Source: Chiloscyllium plagiosum
Lineage: Eukaryota
NCBI RefSeq assembly: GCF_004010195.1
Contig: NC_057718.1
Coordinates: 101,404,629-101,468,628, forward strand
Direction of reading: 5' to 3'
Length of the DNA stretch: 64,000 bases
In this document: positions 48,206 to 60,629 of the stretch, one piece after another
How the letters are laid out: the number at the start of each line of letters is the position of its first letter
Numbering within the stretch: the stretch's first letter is position 1
Made by a program: the position numbers and the translations under genes
Notes under the pieces: generated by a model
Seen by the model: only the letters and a program-made list of their open reading frames with translations
What the model was told of the DNA's origin: nothing
The model's database searches: none

Positions 48206-49169
48206 AACGGTAATATTAGATATGACAAAAATTTGAAGTTGGCACTTGAGCTGAGATCTGAAATGGCAGCTCCCAATGAGAGGGAAAACACTTGTCTGCC
48301 AAAGAGGTTAGGTGAACCGAGCTTCTGTTGATTTTAATTGGGAGAAGTGCAGGAGTTATACCTGTACTGAAGTCATTTCCCCTAACCTTCCCTCACCTTT
48401 AATCATTCCCTCGATTACAATCGTGAATTACCCTGGGCCAGTAGGTGTCATTGATCTCGAGTGATGACACACATGAAGTTCGAGATGCCTCCTGATGCTG
48501 ATTTGAAACTCTCTTCTCCATATTTCTCTTCCTCAGAAGTTTGGAGTGGGGGGTGTTGGGGGGAGTAGAGTAGAACAGATACTGTAATACATGACCTGCC
48601 AGAGGACTTGTAGCCTGGGCAGTGCTGCCCTGTCCCGGTACTGAAGACTGACCTCTTCACTGGACAGAAATCTCTCATAAAAAGAAGAAAGACTGCAATT
48701 ACAAGTTTCTGTAAATCTCAGCAGAATATTGTTAATTTCCAAGCTGGAATGTGTGAAATTGGCCAGCTCCGGTGCAGAGGCACTCACACAGTGGGGTGCA
48801 ACATACTGCTTGCTTTTGCTAATGAGGATAAAATGAATAAGCCAGAAGGTTAAGTTATCCATAAATTGCATCTCAGCTCAATAAAGCATTAATAAAATGG
48901 TCAATAAACAACAGTGTGTTATAATTTATTACCAGAATAGATCACCAAGAATAGAAGTGGGGGAAATAAAAGTTAATGAGAACAAAAATAATGGGCTGAT
49001 AGTTTCTCTTCAGTTTCTTCTATTACTGAACAGATTTAATGATGAAATAAGATTTTCAAATGTTTTGCAAAAATTAACGGCATTGCTTAAACATTCAGGT
49101 GAATGTTTGGAATCTTAAAGGTCCCTGGTATGGTCATCGGTTAGTGTTAAGCAAACAGTGAAACCACAG

Positions 49170-49750
49170 AGTGGAGATGCTGGTGTTGGACTGGGGTGGA
49201 CAAGGTCAGAAGTCACATGACACCAGGTTATAGTCCGACAGATTTATTTGGAAGCAGTGGCTTTCGGAATTATACCCTGGTGTTGTGTGATTTTTTAACT
49301 TTGTATACCCCAGTCCAACACCGACACCTCCAAATGTAGAGAGATCAAAAGATCATGCAAATGGTGTGAGTGGAGTGTAAGATAATAAGTCTCTGCAGGT
49401 GACTAAAAGTGTCAGATGATGTGAGTAAATTGTGAACAGCAATAACAAGTGAAGGGATGACCTATAATCCGATGAAATGAGACCGAGAGATAATTACAAA
49501 AAATTAAATGTAAGGCAGTGCTGGAGACAAACCAAATGACTGGAATAACATGATAGGTATCAGAGTCACATGCCAAAGTAATTAGTAATTTCCAAAACCG
49601 TACAAACTAATTAAGGTAGAGAGTTTAAAACAATTTATCAAGAAGCTGGTGTCAAAACAAGGCAGTAAGGAAGATTTTACAGGTACAGAACGGTTTGGTG
49701 ATGTCACATGTAGCACAACGTGAATCCGAGATCATGTCTGAGGTCACAGG
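49170..49750. mobile_element. PLE family C fold-back (49170-49335) and probable adjoining PLE 3' region on the minus strand
   Basis: tggagatgctggtgttggactgggg...caccaggttata and tataccctggtg...ccccagtccaacaccgacacctcca are inverted arms. Confidence 0.65.
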
Positions 49751-49937
49751 GTGACAGCTGCAGTGGGCAGTATCATGTGGGAGTTTGTATGATGTGGGCT
49801 CTGGCAGAATCGGACGTGCAGTCTGGCAATGCCTATCTCGACATCAGTCGCAACTTGCTGCATTTTTGGTGCTTTTCAAAAGTGGCGACACGGGCAGTGA
49901 GGAGTTACCATTTGGCAGAGATTAAAGCTTGTTAAAG

Positions 49938-50385
49938 ACCATAAGGAATAGGAACTGGAGTAGGTCATTTGGCCCACAAGCCTGCTCTGCCATTCAATAG
50001 GAACATGGTTGATCCGACATTCCACACATTCATTTTCCTGCCCTTTTCCCGCAATCCTTGACTTCCCTACTAATCAAGAACCAATCCATCTTGGCCTTAA
50101 CTATACACAAGGACTCTACCCCACACAGCTCTCTGTGGCAAGGAGTTCCAAAGACTCACAACCCTCTGAGAGAAGAAATTTCTCCCCATCTCAGTCTGAA
50201 ATTGGTGCCCCTTTATTCTGAGACTATACCCTTTGATTCTCGACTTTCACCTGAGGGAGAAACATCCTCTCAGCATTGACCCTGTCAAGCCCCTCAAGAA
50301 TCCTGAATGTTTCAATGGGATCACCTCTCATTCTTCGATACTTCAGGGGGGTAGAGTCCCAGCCTGTTTAGTTTTTGCTCAGAGT
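49938..50385 (-). mobile_element. CR1 LINE 3' end
   Basis: Close match to 63608-64000 (ccccacacagctctctgtg.caaggagttccaaagactc.caaccctctgagagaagaaatt...tgaccctgtcaagcccc). Confidence 0.85.
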
Positions 50386-50739
50386 CCATCTCCCTCCATT
50401 ACGAGTGATGTTGTGAACAGACCAATTCAGCTCATTAGTGTTCAACCTTCCATTTTACCAAAGGAGCTCGAAAAGGAAAGCAGGGAGGGAATTGGCAGGA
50501 TTCAGGTCACTGCTTACTATAAGGACCTCCATGTTAGATAGGAGGCAGTGACCTCTCAGGACACACTCCATGGGCATTAACCACACGTACCCGACATCCA
50601 AGGACATCAACACCTGACAACTGGCAAATGTCAGTCACCAAAAGCCCTCTGATCCACTCACAGCGCTCCAGTGCTCACCGGGAACTCTCAGTGTGATGTT
50701 GCAGCAAGGACAGTCAGGATACATCCCTCTTAAAGAAGC

Positions 50740-51190
50740 CAAATAACTGCCAGGACACCACCTATCCTGACTCTTGTGGACTTATTGTGGGCTGTCTTCC
50801 TCAGGCTATGGATGAGAGGCAGCTATTAAGGGAGAGCATGGCACAGCTGTTGGTGCATTTGGGAAGTTGTCCCGAGTGAGGACATGCATGGTTAGTGGTA
50901 TCAGGGGGGTTGGGGTGGGTAACAGCGAATGAGGCACGTGAGAGTGATAGAGCATGAGCCTTGGTGGGAGGTGAGGGCAGGAATGGAGAGAGAGAGGGAG
51001 GGTGAGGTATCAGAGAGAAGAAGGTAGCACTTACACTGGCAGAGTGGAGATGCTCACTGGTCGTCTTCCTCCAGGGCATGGTCTGGTGTCATGGCACCCA
51101 CGGCTGTAAAGGTGGGTGAGAGGACATCCACTTCCAGCAGGTCCCTGGTGCAAAGTAAGGCAATAGTTTCCTCCTGTCAGTCATTTTCAG
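50740..51190 (-). pseudogene. Degraded Myb/SANT-like gene of a PIF/Harbinger transposon (two-exon remnant)
   Basis: Minus strand reads MTDRRKLLPYFA..DL..., then RKTTSEHLHSAS followed by gtaagt, and after an intron-like gap RKTAHNKSTRVRIGG. This resembles the RKKxNDL...AHN...TGGG pattern of Harbinger Myb/SANT proteins. Recognised by eye only. Confidence 0.4.
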
Positions 51191-52427
51191 GGTGAACCGT
51201 GCAGAGCAGACTCTGGACTGACAGTGCTCGACCAGATACACGGCTATGAGGGATGGCGGTGAATTCTGGGATTTCACCTGAGTGACGAGTTGTTGAGGGA
51301 ACGGAATGAGGATAGGTCATCAACGAGGTGAGTTGGATGAGAGAGAACCCACGAGGTCTCATGCTAACAGAGCTTCCAGAAACACAATGTAACTCAGACT
51401 TAGACAAGGGAGAAGGGAGATTCAGCTCCATATTTTAATTGCCCACGGCATGATTGATCCATTGGAGATTACGGATTCTTCAATGTCCAATGACACAAAA
51501 TTGAAAGTAGAAAGGCAGTGACAATTCTAATTCTGTTGAGTTGTTTTGAGCTGTCTTTCTTCTGTAATGTGTTGCCATGTATCTCCTCAGGCTGCAGGGT
51601 TGTGGCAGGGTATTGTTCAAAGCCAGAAACAATGGGTGGTCCTCCTTGCTTAGTGACAGTCACTCCAAAACTCATTCACTGTGGCTGTTCCGGTGCCATA
51701 TCAATGCAAGGCATTTTTTTCCTTTTCCTGCATTCATTCAATGTTTTCTTTTGAAATAGATTACTTTCTGGTGTGTAATGGCTGCAGGCAAGAACACTTT
51801 TTGTCTGTTCCGCGTCACAAAATGATTCTAATTAGTTGCTACTGTACCAAGGCAGAGAGATGTCGGGTTAGGAGAGTGCAATTTGCTGAGCAAATGAATA
51901 CTTCTTTCTCCCTGTGTGTGTCAAAGTAGTTAGGGAGCAAGCTGCATAGTTTGTCAGTAATTATAAACATGTCATTTATCAACCAGAGCTTTGTCAATGC
52001 AGGAAACAAGATGCTTTTCCTGTTGTTGTTTCTTTGGTCACTTCCTTTAGTTGTTTGTACTCCCATTGTGTCCATTATAGCTGTGCTGGATGTTGGATGC
52101 TGGATGCTGGATGCTGGATGGGCAGACCCTTACCTTAGATCTGCAGGGCAGAGACTTTCCATTTCATACTTGTTGCAAAATTGAAAGTTATTTTCTTATC
52201 AGTACATGATTACATGATGCAAACCTTTCTACACAGTGCAGTCATTCTGAACCATCCATTCCCTTTGATGTCCTTACCATGGACATCGAGTGCCATCTGA
52301 TTGTCCTGTCATAAATTAAGGTGGTTTTGTGAGGGAATGTGCATTGCAAACAATTTCTCATTGACTGTTCCTCCAAGAGAATCCCGCAAATGTTGCCATA
52401 TGAAAATGGAGCAAAGTTCGACTATTT

Positions 52428-52747
52428 GGGCGGCACGGTGGCACAGTGGTTAGCACTGCTGTCTCGCAGCGCCAGAGACCCGGGTTCAGTTCCCGACTCA
52501 GGCGACTGACTGTGTGGAGTTTGCACGTTCTCCCCGTGTCTGCGTGGGTTTTCTCCGGGGGCTCCGGTTTCCTCCCACAGTCCAAAGATGTGCAAGTCAG
52601 GTGAATTGGCCATGCTAAATTGCCCGTAGTGTTAGGTAAAGGGGTAAATGTAGGGGTAGGGGTATGGGTTGGTTACGCTTCGGCGGGTCGGTGTGGACTT
52701 GTTGGGCCGAAGGGCCTGTTTCCACACTGAAATTAATCTAATCTAAT
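52428..52747 (+). mobile_element. Full-length young HE1 V-SINE
   Basis: gggcggcacggTGGCACAGTGGttagc (A box), GGGTTCAGTTCCC (B box), V-domain, gggccgaagggcctgtttccacactg and a (taatc)n tail. Confidence 0.93.
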
Positions 52748-52844
52748 TACTGGAGAAGGGCTTACGCTCAAAACCTTGGCTCTCCTGCTCCTCGGATGCT
52801 GCCTGACTGACTATGCTATTACCAGCACCACACTTCTTGACTTA

Positions 52845-53118
52845 GAATCTACAGCCCATCGAAACCAGACCACCCTTTTTAAAGAGCATTCCATCCCATC
52901 CCTGTAACCCTGCATTTCCCCTTGGCTAACCCACCATGGGACAACTTAGCATGGCCAATCCACCCGAACCTGCACATCTTTGGGTTGTGGGAGGAAACCC
53001 ACGCAGATGCGGGGAGAATGTGCAAACTCCACGCAGACAGTTGCCTGAGGCTGGAATCAAACCCAGGTTCCTGGTGCTATGAGGTATCAGTGCTAACCAC
53101 TGAGCCACCGTGTCACCC
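52845..53118 (-). mobile_element. HE1 V-SINE, tail-to-tail with the preceding copy
   Basis: ttagcatggccaatcc...gtgcaaactccacgcagacag...gtgctaaccactgagccaccgtg. A PLE family A fragment (52750-52842) lies between the two SINEs. Confidence 0.85.
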
Positions 53119-54339
53119 AGTTGAGGTGGGCTCATTAAGTACATTCAAGGCTGAGATTATTTGATTTTTAATCAGTGATGGAGTTGAGGGTAATCTCATT
53201 GAATGGCGAAGCAGATTGGTTGGGAAAGATAGCCTGCATCTGCTCCTGCATCTTATAGTCTGAGCTCTGGAGCAGGTGGGACTTGAACCTGCACCTCCTG
53301 GCTCAGAGTTAGGGATGCTACTGCCATGCTGTCAGAGCCGTAAACTCGACAGGGTGTATGTTCAGGAAAATAAACGCTGACACAGCACCACCCTGTTTGA
53401 CCTTGAAGGAAGAGTCCCATTTCATTCCTTGCTTTCCCTTCAGCAGCTTCTTCAGAGATCTGCTCAGCTGTGCGACCCTGTAGCATTCTTTGTCACTTGC
53501 TTGGAAGGCTTCCGAGTATGATTAATGTCCATGAAACCAAAATCAATATTGCGTTTGTTGAAATTGTAAGCTAAATAGATTAAATGGACTCACTGTGATG
53601 TACTGCTCCTTTTTGGCTTGACTTGTCCTCTGTCCCATGATTAAAGGCTTCTCAACATGTAAAGGATTACGTGCTTTATTTCCCCGGCCTCCCACTTTGC
53701 TCCGCACAGGTTTATAGATAAATAAAATGTGGGGAAAGTTCATAAAATTCTCGTTGGAAGGGACCTGGAAGTATCCTGCTTTCTCTCTCTTTGGGCTTTC
53801 AGTCACTGAGGGCCATCAATCACTCTGATTCTGTGGAGTTAAGAAAACGATTAACGGAATGGGTTTAAGCAGCAGTAATACCAAGACGCTGCTAAATGTC
53901 AGACCCAATCATACACTCAGACAAGGTGAATTAATTATCAATGGTTTTAACTTTTATTATGGGGAGAATTGAATATTAATAATGAACTCATCCATCCGTG
54001 AGCCAATTTACACTGAAAGTAATGCATTTCAGTGATGCATACGCTCCTGAAAAAGTCACCTGTCTGCCTGGAAGGTGTAGAATTAGCACTGACTAACATT
54101 TCCAACCTCCTATACTCTCAGAAACAACACTTGATCCTAAAGCATTGTTATTGATCTTTGCGAGTGAGCGCTCCCTGTACCAGCTATTGGGGAAATATAC
54201 TGTAACGCATTGCACTGGATCATATTGCACCTCTCCTCACTTATAAAAGCAACCTTTTCCAGTTTGACAAAGGTGCTGACGCCTCCACAATTACGGCTAA
54301 GCATCCCCAGCTACATGCAAATCCCTTTCGACAAGACCC

Positions 54340-54830
54340 ACTTTCCCGGGCAAAGCATCTGGAGAAGAAAATGCTCAATTTGGCAATTACGTCTTAGTAA
54401 TGCTGTCGCTGACAGGTGCTGCTGTCACTGCTCCCACTCAGTGGTAAGCAGTGTTTCAGGGAGGACCTGATGACAGTCCCTTTCCCTAAAGGCTAATTGC
54501 AATGCCACTGCACAGAGTTGGGGCTCAGCTGCTGCATGTTGTCACTGTGCTCACTGATGCCCTACCTGTCACCTGGTACAAGCTCACCAGAAGACAGATC
54601 TGCTGCCACTCTCCTCTTTCCTGGTTGGGATCCACAAGACCTTCTTGGCCTAGGTGAGAGAGAAAAATGGTAGTCTAATGAGAAGAGGCTTTCGGTTTTA
54701 CCAAGATGCACTTTCCTTGCAGGTGCCAGTTATGACAGACATTGTTACAGAGATGACGAGGAGGACCTGGATGCTTGGTCTTACTCCTTTGAGATCCTAA
54801 GCTCTTCTCCCACTACGTCCTTACGACATC
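54340..54830 (+). pseudogene. Possible highly degraded Harbinger (HARBI1-like) transposase remnant
   Basis: Scattered peptides QLRLSNAVADRC and VTVLTDAL resemble Harbinger transposase N-terminal motifs, followed by an acidic DDEEDLD. No intact frame. Confidence 0.25.
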
Positions 54831-55122
54831 ATGGCACGCTAGCTCAATGGTCAGCACTGCACCAGGGATCTGAGTTGGATTCCACTGTTGGGTGACTGTG
54901 TGGAGTTTGCACATTCTCCCTGTGTCTGTGTTGGTTTCCTCCCACAATCCTAAGATGTGCAGGTTAGGTGGATTGGCCATGCTAAATTGCCCATTGTTTC
55001 AAGGGATGCGTGGATTAGGTGGGTAATATAGGGTTATAGGGCAAGTCTGGGTGAGAATCTCTTCAGAAGGTTGGGATGGGCCGAATGGCTTGCTTCCACA
55101 CTCTAGGGATTCTATTCTATTC
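54831..55122 (+). mobile_element. HE1-type V-SINE
   Basis: tgtgtggagtttgcacattctccc...aagatgtgcaggttaggtggattggccatgctaaattgccc...ctattctattct tail. Confidence 0.82.
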
Positions 55123-55395
55123 TGTCATCTTAGTAGGTGATAATAAGGCATTCTTCAGCTCAAACCCCATTCAGAACTGTGCATCCCCGTACAATAGATC
55201 AGATAAACTTGAAATAATGACAGAAAACAAAGGCTTCATAAGGAGACTACTTTTGAACCAAAATGCAAAGTGCTGAAGAAACTCAGCAGGTCTGACAGTA
55301 TCTGTGAAGAGAGAAACAGAATTAATGTTTCAAGTACAGAGATTCATTCTTCTTAAGAACAGATTACATTTGAAAAACTTTAAAGAAAAAGATTT

Positions 55396-55805
55396 ACAAA
55401 GATGTTGCCAGGGTTTGAGGATTTGAGAGTTATAGGGAGAGGCTGAATAGGCTAGGGCTGTTTTTCCTGGAGCGTTGGAGGCTGAGGGGTGACCTTATAG
55501 AGGTTTATAAAATCATGAAGGGAATGGATAGGGTAAATAGACTAGGTCTTTTCCCTGGGGTGGGGGAGTCCAGAACTAGAGGGCATAGGTTGAGGGTGAG
55601 AGGGGAAAGATATAAAAGAGACCTAAGCTGCCAGAGGAAGTGGTGGAGGCTGGTACAATTGTGGCATATAAAAGGCATCTGGATGGGTATATGAATGGGA
55701 AGGGTTTGGAGGGATATGGGCCGGGTGCTGGCATCTGGTCGGCATGGACGGTTGGACCGAAGGGTCTGTTTCTGTGCTGTACATCTCTATGACTCTATAA
55801 CTCTA
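55396..55805 (+). mobile_element. HER1/CR1 LINE 3' end with internal deletion
   Basis: YRERLNRLGLFFLERWRLRGDLIEVYKIMKG...RYKRDL joined directly to LPEEVVEAG, with tail ctctatgactctataactcta. Confidence 0.88.
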
Positions 55806-57407
55806 AGTTTAGAAGTTTGTTGGGTTGGACTTATTCTGTTAAACTTAAGTCCTACATAGCCTAGATTACCAATGAGTTATCTTCATTAGTCTGATGACAG
55901 GCTTTCATTTCCCCCGACCCCCCCCCCTTCCCCCCCACCAAAAGAATGTAAAATCAATTTTTGTCATTTTGGTTAGAAGGTTAATTTGTTCACCTTCAGG
56001 TGATTAAGGAAGCAATTTGTGACATCTCTGCATAATTTATACATCACTTCTTCAGTAAAAATGGATTTGGTTCATTCTCCAAAACCTCATTTACAGAGTT
56101 ATGGAGTCATATAGCACAGAAGAGGCCTTTCGGCCCATTGAGTCTGCACCTATCGACACAAAACCCACTTGGCCCGTAGCCTTGAAGAGTATTTCAAGGG
56201 CCCATCTATGTACTTTAGAAGAACCATGATCATTCAGGAGAGGATAGTTCCTGGTTGTGGATTTCCCCTCCTGATTGTTCAGCATATACAATGTAGCGGT
56301 TTGCTGAACCGTAGAGAGCTGTAATGCGCCAGGTTTAATTTGAGAACACAGTTAGCTGATCTTACCGGGGGCAGAACACTGCAGGTGATCTCATCCACCC
56401 TGCACTGGCCAAGGGGGAGATTTCATCCCATCTCCTCACTCCTCAATGTTATTCAAAAAGATTCCCTCCCGCCCTTTGCTATAAAGTGCACAATAAAGTA
56501 TACAAGATGTGGGTCAATTCCCCTGTACCTGCCGAAACATCTTATTCAGAGAGTCTCATGGTGAATTCCGATACAGTCATAGTCAAAGAGGGGACAGTCT
56601 ATCAAGTCTGCATTGGTCAGAAACAAGACAGCTGTTCTCAGCTCATTTCTCAGCACTTGGCTCACAGCTTTGTTTTCTTGGCATTGTAAGTGTGCATCTA
56701 AATGCTTCTTAATTATCCAACGTCACTATCTCCATCATTCCTGCAAATGCACTGGAGTTGACTGAGACAGACAGTCAGCAGCTTTAAACCTGGAGGGTTC
56801 CTGCCTTTCCCATTCTTACAGGCAGTGAGTTCCAGACTCCCCCCACCCTCTGGGTGAAAGAGAACTTCCTCCCGTCTCCCTTAAACCTCCTGTCCCTTAC
56901 CTTAAATCTATTCCCCCCCCCCTCCCCCGTCTCCCCCCCCTCCGACCCTGGTCACTGATCCCTCCACCAAAGGGAGAAATTTCTTCCTTTCTCCTCTGTC
57001 TATGTCCCTCGTAGTTTTGAACATTTAAACCACAGTCTCCACTGCTGCAAGGAAAACGACCCCAGTCGGTCCAATCTCTCTTCATTACCGAAGCGCTCAA
57101 CTCCCAGGCAATGTCCTGGTAAATCCCCTCTGCACCCTCTCCAGTGCGATCACATCCCTCCGATAATGTGGATTCCAATTTATCCTCCAAATGATTCTCC
57201 ACTTTCCCTTGTTTCATAAAAAGCCAAGCTGCCATTGTCCCAGAGGAGCCTAAGGCTGCTCTCTCATTAGGAGCAGCACATGAGGAGTTTGACCTAAGGG
57301 TCACCACACTTCAGACAAAGCAGTGGGGTCACGATTGTGGGAGCTTTGTGGTGTCCTCAGCCGGTGTGGGAAGAAACCTTGAGTCTTGGCTTGACAGAAT
57401 GAGTCTT

Positions 57408-57616
57408 GAGTCGAAAAGTGTGGTGTTGGTAAAGCACAGCAGGTCAGTCAGCATCCGAGGGGCAGGAGGGTCAGGAGCTACTGGTACATTCCTGATGAAG
57501 ACCTTACGCCTGAAACATCGATTCTCCTGCTCCTCGGATACTGCCTGATATGCTGTGCTTTTCCAGCAATACACTCTCAACTCTGACTCCAGCATCTGCA
57601 GTCCTCACTTTCTCAT
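57408..57616. mobile_element. PLE family A fold-back with degenerate hammerhead (57492-57519, plus)
   Basis: aagcacagcaggtcag.cagcatccgagg and cctcggatactgcctga...tgctgtgctt are inverted. Core reads CTGATGAAGACCTTACGCCTGAAACATC. Flanks are agaatgagtctt and agaaagagtctt. Confidence 0.75.
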
Positions 57617-57624
57617 AGAAAGAG

Positions 57625-57960
57625 TCTTTCCACCCTGCTGTGGGCTATTTTACTCCTGGAATGAGAAGGAGGTGTTATGGCAGGTGAAAGTGGGCAGCGT
57701 AGCTATCAGTGCTTCAAGTGAGTAGGCAGCGCAGTGAGCATGCAGGGTTAGAGCTTTCAGGGAGTGGAGTGAGGCTAGATGTTGCAGGCAGGAGTGAGAG
57801 AGGTGGAGTATGTGGCCTGCTAGGAGATGGGTGCTGTACCTGAGACATACCGGAGAGAAGATGGTGGAACTTATGCTGATGGGGTGGGGCAAGTCGATGA
57901 GGCAATCCACCAGACCTCTAGTAGTCTGGGAGAGATTGCAGGGTGGGTAGGTGGTAGGTG
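57625..57960 (-). pseudogene. Possible second Harbinger Myb/SANT-like remnant
   Basis: Minus strand has QHKFHHLLSG, an intron-like pyrimidine tract ending tctcattccag, then gagtaaaatagcccacagcagggtggaaaga (about E.IAHSRVER), parallel to 50740-51190. Confidence 0.3.
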
Positions 57961-58999
57961 AGTTGACCTTGAACTGTATTGACACTGCCAGTAATTGCAA
58001 AAGTGGAAAGTGTTCCATTCTCAGGCTTGGCATCACTCATCTTAATGAGCATAGAAACGAGAACGCAAACTCAATATAACCTAACTGTGCAGTGAATGTA
58101 AAATCTCTGTGCATTGGGAAGCTCATTCAGAATGCAATGTTTATATTATTGGTATGCGACCGAAAATATCTCTGAATTAATGCTGTGGGACTGTTATGCT
58201 ATGCTGCGAGCTGTGTTGTATTGAAAGGTTTCAGTCCTGTTTCACTGCCTTGTCTCTGACCCTCAGCTTTGCTCGAGAATCATCGACACTGTTCAGTGCT
58301 TTTTGTCCTCTTCAGTATTCTGAGCAGGCACACACTGCAGCAAACTGGACCTGCACTCCTCTCATTACCTCACTGGGGCCTTTCTTTTTTATCTTCAGTG
58401 AAATTGAGCTTTTTGTCAAAAATTGTCCGAGCTGCTCACAAAATCAGTTGACAGGGAGGCACCAGCAGTGACTTTTCTCTCGAGCGATTTGATTCTCGCA
58501 CGTTCTCTGAGATTGCAGTGTGCACAAATGAAGGACAGGAGAGTCAGTCTTCGGCTGATGGACTCAGTGTTGAAGTAGCTACGCTGCTGCCCATCACATT
58601 TTGCAGAGAGGCTGTGCTGAAACGTGTAATTGTCAGACGCAGCTTTCGAGTGCGCCTCCAGAGATAAAGATTGAAAGTGGATATTCTGATGAAAAGTTAA
58701 TCCGGGCAGAATTGATTCATGAGTTTGCAATGAAACTTGTTAAAAATCATATATGAGAGCTATAGTGGGGATTGCATTATGAGTTTGACAGACACTTTCT
58801 TGTCTTTATCCAGGATTGTCAGTGATTAAAACGGAGGGTTGTTTCCAGGAAAATGTTTATTTTTGATAATTCCTTACAACTTTGAACAAAAGGCTTTCCA
58901 CTTAGAGGAGTTGTGTTTCTCAGCAGCCAGACAAATTTTATTTTGGGTGAATTTATTAGAATGCAAGGTATTTGCTCATGTCAAGATCTCCTGTTTGGA

Positions 59000-59230
59000 T
59001 CTTTTTCTTTCATGAGGGTTTCTCTAGCCAGACCAGTATTTATTGCCTCATCCGTAATTGCCCAGAGGGCAGTTAAGAGTCAACCACATTGCTGTGGGTC
59101 TGGGGTCACATGTAGGCCAGACCAGGTAAGGATGGCAGATTCCTCTTCTCAAGGGCATTAGTGAACCAGATAGGTTTTTCAGTACAATCGGCAATAGGTT
59201 TATGGTCATAATTAGACTCTTATTTCCAGA
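59000..59230 (-). mobile_element. tRNA-derived SINE, family 2
   Basis: ccagtatttattgcctcatccgtaattgcccagagggcagttaagagtcaaccacattgctgtgggtctggggtcacatgtaggccagaccaggtaaggatggcagatt. Confidence 0.8.
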
Positions 59231-59454
59231 TTATTAGATCCCCTTGCAGCGAAGGTGCTGGATTGCTAATACAGAGCTCTGCACTGATTCAGTGGTGTTG
59301 TGAAAGATAACTGAGGAGCAGCTTGGAGGCACAGTGTGATGGAACTTGCAGTGTCATGGATAGGACAAGAGCTAGGATCCTGACTGCAGGCTGGCACTAA
59401 ATGTAGGCTCCATTCCCTGTCGCATTGTGGTAGGTCAGTTCGAAACTAATCTCG

Positions 59455-59820
59455 GTGACAATGGAGCTTGCATCAATTGGTGTAACAACCCATTTGGTTC
59501 ACTCTTGCCTTCCTTATCTGCCATCCTTATCTGGTCTGGCCTACACAAGACTCCAGATCCACTGCAATCCATGGTTGTCTCTGAACTGCCCTCTGAAATG
59601 GATTCAAAAGCAGAAATTGCGAGAAAAGCTCAGCAGTATCTGGCAAAATCTGTGGAGATTTTCCAGCAATTTCTGTTTTGGTTCCTAGTTTACAGCATCC
59701 TCGGTTTTTATTTTAAGGTTTTCACTCCGTAATGGGCTAGCGGGCCATTCACTTCAAGGGGCAGTTAGGGATGGGCATCAAATGCTGGCCCTGCCAGTGA
59801 CATCTGACACCCCATAATAA
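59455..59820 (+). mobile_element. Family-2 SINE interrupted by a PLE family B mini fold-back (~59603-59715)
   Basis: The SINE ...actgccctctgaaatgg is interrupted by caaaagcagaaattgc...gcaatttctgttttg and resumes aatgggctagc...gggcagttagggatgggcatcaaatgctggcc. Confidence 0.7.
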
Positions 59821-60629
59821 AAACAAGGGAGAAGTTGGCTGAAGAGAGACGTTCTCAGAAACCTCGGGCTATTTTGCCTGTCCTTTATCTTGACTGTATT
59901 TCGTATGTAGGATACCTGGACAGGGGGAAGAGAGAAATTAGTGACCGAAACATATAATTGTCTTATGTTTTGGGAAAGCAGATCTCAGGATATAAGAACA
60001 CATAAAAAAAACAGGCGTACGCAGGAGTGTTGGTTAGCGTCACGAAATACATTGAAGTGCTTGTTAGAAAATTAAAACCAATCTGCTTTGAACCTCAAGC
60101 TTGAGTGAGCTGCTGTTACTGCAGCCTTCCGAATGTTCTCATTTCCAGAATCAGCAGTCTCTCTGATCTCCCTCAATGAGATTGCCAATTTAGCATCAAT
60201 TTATGTTGAATTGCAGGGGAATAGGGTTGGGGCTGCCAGAACAGATTCTGTGATCGAGATTTTTAATCCCATTACTGTGCAAGACTTCTGTCGAGATTTT
60301 CACAAAGGACAGAGTGTCGCCGTGTCTGAAAAATAAACAAAGCAAGCTAAATTTGTCATGATTACAAAGCTCTGTTTTCTTGGATGCTAAATTGAAGTGT
60401 GATGAGGTCAGAATGCCTTGTCTCACTGTCTTTGACCTTGCATTGCAATCCAAGACAACAGGCTAAATCTGTGCTGGGAATGCAGAAACTCAGTACACAT
60501 GAGACACAAAGGACTGATAAAGATTATGTATAAAAACAAAATACTGTGGACTCTGGAAATTGGAAGCATGCACAGTGAATGCTGGAAGAACTGAGCAGGT
60601 CTGGCAGCACCTGTAGAGAGTCTCGCTGA

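Noticed and set aside
48265..48320. Possible next MACROD2 exon (cccaatgag, PNE)
   Set aside because: No suitable acceptor or phase, and the downstream translation does not resemble PAAVIAL...EWL.
52084..52120. (gctggat)n short tandem repeat
   Set aside because: An ordinary 7-bp microsatellite of about 5 copies, like (tacaa)n at about 43352-43375.
52428..52500. tRNA gene
   Set aside because: The A and B boxes continue into the V-domain and LINE-like tail of HE1. All tRNA-like heads in the window belong to SINEs.
56905..56945. G-quadruplex-like C tract
   Set aside because: It is a low-complexity expansion inside an old CR1 fragment, with no evidence of function.
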